From positions 23,359 through 87,358 of the forward strand of contig JACRMK010000056.1 of the NCBI GenBank assembly GCA_016235055.1: DNA of 64,000 nucleotides. The letters run 5' to 3'. This DNA is from Chloroflexota bacterium (lineage in GTDB: Bacteria; Chloroflexota; Anaerolineae; JACRMK01). Made by a program: the position numbers and the translations under genes. Shown here one piece after another: positions 57,343-64,000 of the stretch (positions are counted from its first letter, which is position 1; each line of letters starts with the position of its first letter). The notes under the pieces are model-generated. The model did no database searches, had not been told where the DNA came from, and worked only from the letters and a program-made list of their open reading frames with translations.

Positions 57343-58488
57343 ATGCTCGCGGACGATCTGGACCTGACGCCTTCGCCGCTGGAGCAACGCCGCCGCATAG
57401 CCGCCCAGCGCGCCGACTATATCGACCTGAGCGCAACCAATCCGACCGAGCACGGCTTGTTGTTCCCGCCCGACCTGCTGCGCATTCTCGCCGAGCCTTA
57501 CTGGAGCGCCCGCCGTTATGCGCCGCACCCCAAGGGCCTGCGCACGGCCCGCGAAGCGATCGCGGCGTACTACGCGCGGCGCACGCCGGCCCTGGCCGTC
57601 TCCCCGGAGCAGATCTTTGTGACCGCCAGCACCAGCGAAGCGTATGCGCTGCTGTTCACCCTGCTGGCCGCGCCGGGCGATGCCGTGCTGTCGCCGTTGC
57701 CGAGCTACCCGCTGTTCGCGCATCTGGCCGCCATGCGCGGCGTGCAGCTCAAGCCGTACCACATTGCGCCGGATGGCGCCGGGCGCTGGGCGCTCGATAG
57801 CGATGGAATCACGGTGCAGGCCGACGATCGTACGCGTGCCATCCTGCTGATCTCGCCGCACAATCCGACGGGTCATACGGTCGATGCCGCCTTGACCTTG
57901 CGCGGGCGGGCCGCCGATCTGCCGATCGTGGCCGACGAGGTCTTTTGTGAGTTTCCATATACTCTGGCCAGCGTGCCGCCGCTCGGCGCGCTCATGCCGG
58001 AGACCACCGTCTTTCATCTCAACGGCATCTCGAAGATGTTCGCATTGCCCGATCTCAAGCTCGGCTGGATCGCAATCAGCGGACCGTACGCTGCGGACTA
58101 CCTGGATCAACTGGAACTGCTCAACGACACGCTGCTAAGCGCTAACTCGCTGACGCAGTCCATGCTGCCGTCGCTCTTCGAGGCCGGCGCGCCGTTTGTG
58201 GCGGCAATGCGCCGGCGCATCCGCGGCGCGCTTGACGTGGCCCTCGGCGCCTTGTCCAAAATGCCTGGCATTGAAGTCGCGCCGCCACCGGCGGGCGCGT
58301 ATCTGTTCCCACGCGTGCGCAATTGCGCTGACGAAGAAGCGCTGGTCATGCGTATGTTGGACAGCGGCATCTTCGCGCATCCCGGCTACTTCTATGACGC
58401 CGAGGATGCTTGCCGGCTCATGCTATCTGCCGTGCTGGAGCCCGCGCGGCTGCTGGAAGGGATCGCCCGCCTGAGGGCAATCCTGTGA
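57343..58488 (+). CDS. pyridoxal-phosphate-dependent aminotransferase, class I/II
   Basis: Fold-type I aminotransferase length and motifs (NPTG.., SKMFALPDLKLGW with the PLP lysine). Confidence 0.85.
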   Translation: MLADDLDLTPSPLEQRRRIAAQRADYIDLSATNPTEHGLLFPPDLLRILAEPYWSARRYAPHPKGLRTAREAIAAYYARRTPALAVSPEQIFVTASTSEAYALLFTLLAAPGDAVLSPLPSYPLFAHLAAMRGVQLKPYHIAPDGAGRWALDSDGITVQADDRTRAILLISPHNPTGHTVDAALTLRGRAADLPIVADEVFCEFPYTLASVPPLGALMPETTVFHLNGISKMFALPDLKLGWIAISGPYAADYLDQLELLNDTLLSANSLTQSMLPSLFEAGAPFVAAMRRRIRGALDVALGALSKMPGIEVAPPPAGAYLFPRVRNCADEEALVMRMLDSGIFAHPGYFYDAEDACRLMLSAVLEPARLLEGIARLRAIL

Positions 58489-58519
58489 CGGGCTAATTTC
58501 ACTTCACGGGGAGGAATCA

Positions 58520-59197
58520 GTGGGAGAGATCGTATCATTCAAGAGCAACGGCGCAAGCGCCGACGGGTACCTGGCGTTGCCGCCGGCCGGACACGGCCCG
58601 GCCGTTATCGTCATTCAGGAATGGTGGGGACTGGTGCCGCACATCAAGGACGTGGCCGACCGCTACGCGCAGGCCGGCTTTGTAGCGCTGGCACCCGACC
58701 TTTACCACGGCAAGGCGACATCGGAGCCCGGCGACGCCGGTAAACTGATGATGGCGCTGAACATCCTGCAGGCCGAGAAGGACCTGCGCGGCGCGGTAGA
58801 CTACCTGTTGGCGCACCCGGCTACCGCCGGCAAAAAGGTAGGTGTCGTCGGCTTCTGCATGGGCGGCGCGCTGTCGCTGTACGCCGCCAGCACGAACCCT
58901 GACACGGTCGGAGCGTGCATCATCTACTATGGCGGACACCCGAACGTCAAGCCCGACCTCGCCGCGCTGAAAGCGCCAGTGCTCGGCTTCTACGGCGAGC
59001 GCGATAGCGGCGTCACGCCCGCCAGCGCGCTCGCGCTCCAGTCGCAACTGCAGGCGCTCGGCAAACGCATGGATGTGCACATCTATCCGGGCGCCGGTCA
59101 CGCCTTCTTCAACAGCGACCGGCCGGCAGTCTACGACAAAGCGGCCGCCGAAGACACCTGGACGCGCGCCATGGACTTCTTCCGTACCAACCTGTAA
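58520..59197 (+). CDS. dienelactone hydrolase family protein
   Basis: GPAVIVIQEWWGL, nucleophile motif GFCMGG, C-terminal GAGHAF. Confidence 0.85.
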   Translation: MGEIVSFKSNGASADGYLALPPAGHGPAVIVIQEWWGLVPHIKDVADRYAQAGFVALAPDLYHGKATSEPGDAGKLMMALNILQAEKDLRGAVDYLLAHPATAGKKVGVVGFCMGGALSLYAASTNPDTVGACIIYYGGHPNVKPDLAALKAPVLGFYGERDSGVTPASALALQSQLQALGKRMDVHIYPGAGHAFFNSDRPAVYDKAAAEDTWTRAMDFFRTNL

Positions 59198-59246
59198 TAC
59201 TATTTCAACTAGGCCATGTCCTCATAGAGATAGTGCAAGTGCAAGT

Positions 59247-59400
59247 GCCGCCCCCTCATCCCCTGGCCCCTTCTCCCCCGCGCGCGGGGGAGAAGGGGAA
59301 AAACTAACGGGGAGGTGCGCGGCGGCTACGCCGCCGCGCACCTCCCCGGAGACTTGCTCCCCCTCCCAGCTTCGCTGGGAGGGGGCTGGGGGGAGGGCAG
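59247..59400. repeat. internal fragment (about 154 bp) of the palindrome-rich miniature element, lacking both TIRs
   Basis: Retains all three internal palindromes (cccccgcgcgcgggggag; ggggaggtgcgcggcggctacgccgccgcgcacctcccc; ccccctcccagcttcgctgggaggggg). It has no cagcaattctca termini. Confidence 0.6.
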
Positions 59401-59470
59401 AATTTGGCGGTGTGCCGTGTGCTCATGCGACATGAGGACATTTTCAATTTGAAACAGTATGATAACACAC

Positions 59471-59499
59471 ACGCCCGCGACCGAATCGGTCGCGGGCGT
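59471..59499. terminator. 13-bp perfect hairpin between convergent DLH and gmhA genes
   Basis: acgcccgcgaccg-aat-cggtcgcgggcgt. Confidence 0.45.
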
Positions 59500-59527
59500 G
59501 CTTCTATCCCGGCGCGCTGCGTGCGGT

Positions 59528-60152
59528 TTACGTACGGCGCACGCGCAATCCCCAGTCCTCGGCCAGTAGCCAGTCCGGCAAACGGTACTGACCCGCTTCG
59601 GCGGTGCGGATGCAGTCGCACACCAAATGCATCACGACATGGTGTGCGTCCTCGGCCTGGTCCATGCGCCGCACCGGTGCATGGATGTTGAGATCGACGG
59701 CGTCCTTCAAGCGTCCGCCGTCGAAGCCACTGAAGCCAATGCTCACGGCGCCGGCCTCCCGCGCCGCCTTCATCGCCTCGAGCACGTTGCGTGAATTGCC
59801 GCTACCGCTCAGCCCGATCACGATGTCCCCGCGCTCGACCAGCGCGCGCAGCGGTTCCACAAAGACGCTCTCATACCCCATGTCATTCGCATACGCGGAG
59901 AACATGCACTGGTGCTCGGTCAGCGGGATCACCTTGAACGTCGGTTTGCCCGCTTCAGCCGTGCCCTTGCCCAGGTCGGTCGCGAAGTGCGCCGCCGTCG
60001 AACCGCTGCCGCCGTTGCCGCAGAAGAAGATGCGGTTGCCATACTCGCGCGCCGACATCAGCAGCGCGATCAACTCGCCGATGCGCTCGGCATCGAGGCG
60101 GTCAAGCACCGACTTCAAAGCGTCCAGATAATTGCGAATCGGATGCATGCTC
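59528..60152 (-). CDS. gmhA: SIS-domain sedoheptulose-7-phosphate isomerase (GmhA-like)
   Basis: NRIFFCGNGGSGSTAAHFATDL ... IGLSGSGNSRNVLEAM ... FSGFDGG. The start is reset to MSMHPIRN; the long 339-aa ORF has a spurious N-terminal extension. Confidence 0.8.
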
Positions 60153-60981
60153 ATAATACCTCGCCGAAATTGCGGCTCAAGCGCCGGAAGATCCCGTAGC
60201 CGATCAGCAGGCAGCCCAGCGCCGTAACGATCGTCCGGGCCAGGAACGCCATATCGGGAGACGCCCCATTGTAGATGATGACGCGATAGGACGCCACCAA
60301 CGACGCCATCGGGTTCAGGATGTACGCCAGGCGCTGTACGGGCACGTCGTAGCCAAACATCTCCTTGGTCACCGGAATGAAGTCGGTCGAGTAGACGACG
60401 GGCGTCAGGAAGAACCACGCCAGCATCAGCACGTCCATGACCATGGCGGTATCGCGGTAGTAGACGTTGACCGCCGACAGCAGGAACGCCAGGCCGAGGA
60501 TGAAGACAAACTGGATGAGTATGACGAGCGGCAGGTATAGCAGCCACCAGGTGGGCGGCGTGCCGAAGTAGAGCATCAAGCCCAGCAGCACGACAAGCGC
60601 CAGCAGGAAGTGCACCAGGTTGGACAGCACCACCGAAATCGGCAGCACCTCGCGGGGGAAGTAGACTTTCTTAACGAGCGACGCGCCGTTGAGAACGCTG
60701 TACGTCGACGCCATCACCGAACCCGAGAACCAGTTCCACGGCAGGATGCCGCACATGACGAAGAGCGGAAAGCGGTCGATGGCGTTGTTGGGGATCAGGA
60801 TGGTGAATACCACCGTGAACACGACCATCATGCCCAGCGGGTTCAGCATCGACCAGACGATGCCGAGCGCCGAGTTCTTGTAGCGCACCTTCAGGTCGCG
60901 CGCCACAAAGTTGCGTATCAGATCGCGATAGCCGAAAAGGCCGGCGAAATCATGCAAGGCATTGAGCATACACGTCAACAA
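60151..60981 (-). CDS. ABC-2 type transporter permease (Wzm/TagG-like polysaccharide export permease)
   Basis: RDLKVRYKNSALGIVWSMLNPL signature and 6 TM helices. No cognate Wzt ATPase gene is adjacent. Confidence 0.75.
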   Translation of the reverse strand: MLTCMLNALHDFAGLFGYRDLIRNFVARDLKVRYKNSALGIVWSMLNPLGMMVVFTVVFTILIPNNAIDRFPLFVMCGILPWNWFSGSVMASTYSVLNGASLVKKVYFPREVLPISVVLSNLVHFLLALVVLLGLMLYFGTPPTWWLLYLPLVILIQFVFILGLAFLLSAVNVYYRDTAMVMDVLMLAWFFLTPVVYSTDFIPVTKEMFGYDVPVQRLAYILNPMASLVASYRVIIYNGASPDMAFLARTIVTALGCLLIGYGIFRRLSRNFGEVL

Positions 60982-62161
60982 TTCGTTGGCCCGCCTGTTG
61001 CCACGTGAAATGTGAGGCCACCCGCTCGCGCAAGGCCGCGCCCAGCGCGATGCAGCGCGGCCCGTCGTCGAGCAGCGCCGACAGCGTCCGCGCCAGTTGC
61101 ATTACGTCGCCCGGCTCGGCATACACGCCCCACGCGTCCAGATATTCGCGCGCCACTTCGGTATCGAATGCCACGGTCGGCAGCGCCATGGACATATAGT
61201 TCAATACCTTGCCGAGTCCCTCGGTGGCCGAGAGCTTGGGCGCCACCGCCACATCACCCAGCGCAAGGTGGCGCGGCGCATCGAGGTAGTTGATCTTGCC
61301 CGTGAATGTGCAGAACCTATCGACGCCAAGCTGCTGTGCTCGCGCACGATAGACATCGACGCCGGGGTAGCCCATGATCAGGAAGTGCACGTCGCAACGC
61401 GTGCGGGTGATTTCTGCGGCCGTCTGCAGCAGCAACTCCGTGCCCTGGTACGGTGCCAGCAGTCCCAGGTACACCACCACCTTATGATGCGCCGGGATGC
61501 CCAGACGCGCCTTGAGCGCCGCGCGCTCGTCGGCGCTGATCACCCCCGGACTAAAGAAATCGGGGTTGACGCCATCCGGCACGACCGTGATCGACTTCGC
61601 GCGGCAGCCATACGCTTCCCGCAATAGCCGCACGGCGCGCTGCGACGACGCAATCAATGCGTTGGGCGCATTGTTGATCATGGTCTCCAGCCGCCGCGCC
61701 GGGCCATACAGAACGCCCCGGGGATTGAGGAAGCGATGATCGACCATCTCGCTCGTCAGGCTGCCCTGGAAATCGAAGACCAGCGGAATCCGCAGCAGGC
61801 CGTGCACCGGCAAACTGACCAGCGCGCCCTCGTGCATGTGCGCGTGGATGATGTCGGGCCGTTCGCTCAGCGCCACCTGCATGAGCTTGATGCCCAGCAG
61901 GGCGTCAAACGCGACTTTGTGGCGAGACGAGCCAACCTCCGCGTCGCTGCGCCAGGGCACGCGCAGCGTCCGCTCGATCGGCAGGCCGTTCCAGGCCCCA
62001 CCGGTATGGTAGGTCACGACCTTGACGCGGTGCCCCAGCAGCTTCAGCGCATCGGCTTCCTCGGCGATGCGGATGTGGCCGCCATACGACGAAAAGAACG
62101 ACGTCGGCGCCACCATCAGCACATTCAGACTGCGCCCCGTCAATGCGTCTCCTTGAACCAT
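60950..62161 (-). CDS. family 1 (GT4-type) glycosyltransferase
   Basis: GT-B fold with the C-terminal E-x7-E region (SATEGLGKVLNYMSMALPTVAFD). The start is reset to MVQGDALTGRSLNVLMVAP. Confidence 0.8.
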   Translation of the reverse strand: MVQGDALTGRSLNVLMVAPTSFFSSYGGHIRIAEEADALKLLGHRVKVVTYHTGGAWNGLPIERTLRVPWRSDAEVGSSRHKVAFDALLGIKLMQVALSERPDIIHAHMHEGALVSLPVHGLLRIPLVFDFQGSLTSEMVDHRFLNPRGVLYGPARRLETMINNAPNALIASSQRAVRLLREAYGCRAKSITVVPDGVNPDFFSPGVISADERAALKARLGIPAHHKVVVYLGLLAPYQGTELLLQTAAEITRTRCDVHFLIMGYPGVDVYRARAQQLGVDRFCTFTGKINYLDAPRHLALGDVAVAPKLSATEGLGKVLNYMSMALPTVAFDTEVAREYLDAWGVYAEPGDVMQLARTLSALLDDGPRCIALGAALRERVASHFTWQQAGQRIVDVYAQCLA

Positions 62162-62841
62162 AGCTGCCAGCGCAGCCGAGCCAGCTCCCGGAAAGCGCGC
62201 ACGATCACGTCGGGCCGCGCGCCGGTCTGGCTGCCGGCCTGCCGCGGCCGGTGGGTGACCGGCGCTTCGACGATCGTATAGCCGGCGCGCTTGGCCCGGA
62301 TCAGGAATTCGGCGCTGAACGTCGCGCCGCGCGACGCCAGGTTGATATGCTGCAGGATATCCCGCTTGAACAGCTTGAACGCGCAGTCGATGTCGCGGCA
62401 CATATAGCCGAACAGCAGCGTCACCAGCGCGCTCCAACCGACGCCGTTCAGCACGCGCATGAACGGATCGCGCCGCGGCGCGCGGAATCCGGCGACCAGG
62501 TCGCCCTGCCCGATCAACGGTACCAAGCGGTGCAGGTCGGTCAGGTCGAACTGGCGGTCGGAATCGGTCAGGAAGACCACGTCCTTGGTGGCCGCGTAGA
62601 AACCGGTATACAGGGCCGCGCCGTACCCCAGATTCTTCGGGTGCTCCAGCAAACGCACCTGCGGGTATTCGGCCTGCAGTTGCCGGCCAATTTCGCCGGT
62701 GCGGTCGCGACTGCCGTCGTTGACGACGATGACCTCGTAATCCGTCGTGAGGGCGCCAACCACCCGGACTACGTCGACGACCTGGGGTCGGATATTCGCT
62801 TCTTCATTGTATGCCGGCATCACGGCGGAAATGCTGTACAC
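62140..62841 (-). CDS. family 2 glycosyltransferase (polyprenyl-phosphate hexose synthase, DPM1/GtrB-like)
   Basis: SAVMPAYNEE, VVNDGSRD, TDSDRQF. Confidence 0.85.
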   Translation of the reverse strand: MYSISAVMPAYNEEANIRPQVVDVVRVVGALTTDYEVIVVNDGSRDRTGEIGRQLQAEYPQVRLLEHPKNLGYGAALYTGFYAATKDVVFLTDSDRQFDLTDLHRLVPLIGQGDLVAGFRAPRRDPFMRVLNGVGWSALVTLLFGYMCRDIDCAFKLFKRDILQHINLASRGATFSAEFLIRAKRAGYTIVEAPVTHRPRQAGSQTGARPDVIVRAFRELARLRWQLWFKETH

Positions 62842-62868
62842 GCAGCCTCCGGTTGGAGTGTGTCAAAG

Positions 62869-63858
62869 CTACTTCTTACCGGCCTGCTTTGTCTTGTCGC
62901 TCAAGCGGCGGCCCAGGAACATCTCCTGGAAGGAGAACGAACCGGATTGGCGGACGGCGTCCGATTGAGAGGCCTGGTCGTTGTCCACATACGGCTTGGA
63001 GACGACGCTGCGCGTCACATAGCCGTCGCCGATCATCTCCTCGATCTTCTTGGGGTCGCCCTCCTGCACCAGCGCGTCGATGGCCGTCAACTCCTCCTGC
63101 AATACGCCAATCCAGCGGCTGATCGCTTCCTTGTTCGTCAGGCACAGATCGCGATAGGTGCGCAAGTCGGTCGACGAAAAGCTCGTGGCGCGCCGGAATG
63201 TCGGACCGATCATGCGATGCATGTCAGCCTTGACTTTGATCGGGGCGCCCTTGGTGGCGACCATACGCAACAGCGCCAGCGACAACATGGCGGGCAACTG
63301 GTCGGCCGCGCCGGCGTAGCCATCATGCTCGTGCGGATCGACGAAGTAAGGCGTGGCGCCAAGCAGTTCGACCAGGCCGACCACCAGCCGCACGGCCTCG
63401 TTGGGCGCATCGGGCGACGGCGTCAGGCAGTACGTCGCGCCCTGGAACAGCTTCGCGCTTGGCGTCGACTTGTCGTCCAGCGGCCCCACAATCGGGTCGC
63501 CGCCCACAAACGGCACGTGCGCCGGGAGCAGGTCTTTGGCCCAGGCCATCACCTCGGCCTTGGCGCCCGACGTATCGGTCACGACCTGCGTCTTCTGCAG
63601 GTACGGGCCCACCACCGTCAAGATCTCCTTCACCGCCGCCACGGGCGTGGCGATGACCAGCACATCGGCGCTCTCGCATGCGCTGATCAGGTTCCACTCG
63701 GACTTCTCAATCGCGCCGAGCTTCAGCGCCTGCTTCACCGCGTCGCTGTTCGAATCATGCCCGACGATTTCCAGCTCCGGTCGCGCGGCGCGCAGCGCCA
63801 GCCCGAGCGAAGCCCCAACCAGCCCGGTGCCGACAATCGTAATGCGTGGCTTGGCCAT
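62869..63858 (-). CDS. tyrA: prephenate/arogenate dehydrogenase
   Basis: ITIVGTGLVGASLGLAL Rossmann motif, then HP.VG and the C-terminal dimerisation domain. RBS gaggaatcagctactATG. Confidence 0.85.
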   Translation of the reverse strand: MAKPRITIVGTGLVGASLGLALRAARPELEIVGHDSNSDAVKQALKLGAIEKSEWNLISACESADVLVIATPVAAVKEILTVVGPYLQKTQVVTDTSGAKAEVMAWAKDLLPAHVPFVGGDPIVGPLDDKSTPSAKLFQGATYCLTPSPDAPNEAVRLVVGLVELLGATPYFVDPHEHDGYAGAADQLPAMLSLALLRMVATKGAPIKVKADMHRMIGPTFRRATSFSSTDLRTYRDLCLTNKEAISRWIGVLQEELTAIDALVQEGDPKKIEEMIGDGYVTRSVVSKPYVDNDQASQSDAVRQSGSFSFQEMFLGRRLSDKTKQAGKK

Positions 63859-63886
63859 AGTAGCTGATTCCTCTAATTCAAATTTT

Positions 63887-64000
63887 CAATCTTCGTCTAC
63901 GGCATGCAGCGCGCGCAGGCGGCGCTCTGCCGGCGGCGGTATGTGCGGCCCGTCCGGCACCTGGTGATGCCGGATCAGCGCGACGACATCATCCGTGCAG
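63887..64000 (-). CDS. 3' end of an unidentified CDS (extends beyond the window end)
   Basis: Minus-strand frame ...CTDDVVALIRHHQVPDGPHIPPPAERRLRALHAVDED-stop. It is too short to classify. Confidence 0.3.

Noticed and set aside
59528-60547. Full 339-aa ORF as the GmhA gene
   Set aside because: The first 131 residues are Arg/Pro-rich and overlap the Wzm permease gene on the same strand. Conserved SIS-domain sequence begins at MSMHPIRN, so a shorter CDS 59528..60152 was called.
60950-62437. 495-aa ORF as the GT4 glycosyltransferase
   Set aside because: The N-terminal 92 residues are low-complexity and would overlap the GT2 gene by about 300 nt. The start was reset to MVQGDALT (62161).

Overview
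This is a GC-rich bacterial chromosomal window. Its gene content suggests Chloroflexota or Actinobacteria, but that is an inference only. It is densely coding, with about 70 supportable CDSs, one tRNA-Gly(CCC), and no rRNA or CRISPR.

Content from left to right:
- 1-7.9 kb: mutL, two SDRs, a DapA-family lyase, an EamA transporter, a HAD hydrolase and CorA.
- 8.4-20.1 kb: a nucleoside/purine-type locus. It comprises an 8-oxoguanine-deaminase-like amidohydrolase, a BMP-family ABC uptake system, a histidine phosphatase, YchF, a Zn-ADH, a YgeY-like M20 peptidase and a divergent ATCase-family carbamoyltransferase.
- 20.4-22.2 kb: a VIT1 transporter and UspA.
- 22.2-33.6 kb: a co-directional glycan biosynthesis/modification operon of about 11.5 kb. 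It carries a heptose-7-P kinase, a hexapeptide acetyltransferase, a GT2, a B12-radical-SAM enzyme, an O-antigen-ligase/TPR protein, a NodU/CmcH O-carbamoyltransferase flanked by two tiny membrane proteins, an epimerase and a BNR-repeat secreted protein.
- 33.9-38.3 kb: a tungsten-type aldehyde:ferredoxin oxidoreductase, then rplS, rnhB, yraN and miaA.
- 38.9-42.6 kb: a translationally coupled three-gene module (SucD-like CoA-binding protein, ferredoxin-like miniprotein, 850-aa GT-C-like membrane protein).
- 42.6-51 kb: a PfkB kinase, then on the minus strand HU, Lgt, a bifunctional sugar-1-P nucleotidyltransferase/phosphomannomutase, an SDR, tRNA-Gly and a DUF4446 protein, followed by rdgB, ruvC and yebC.
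- 51.3-53.5 kb: a LysM/bactofilin/M23 morphogenesis trio.
- 53.6-59.2 kb: a heterodimeric ABC exporter, an aminotransferase and a dienelactone hydrolase.
- 59.5-64 kb: a second glycan cluster (GmhA, Wzm-like permease, GT4, GT2), tyrA and a partial unidentified CDS running off the window end.

The most striking non-genic signal is a family of 257-290 bp elements with terminal inverted repeats. Three intact copies have perfect 9-bp target-site duplications; a fourth is a TIR-less fragment. Each is built from three perfect GC-rich palindromes that show compensatory arm substitutions between copies. Other notable signals are a 115-bp duplicated 3' fragment of the M20 peptidase gene bracketing the carbamoyltransferase insertion, and a promoter-proximal structured leader ahead of a Cys-rich mini-ORF and the dapA-like gene.
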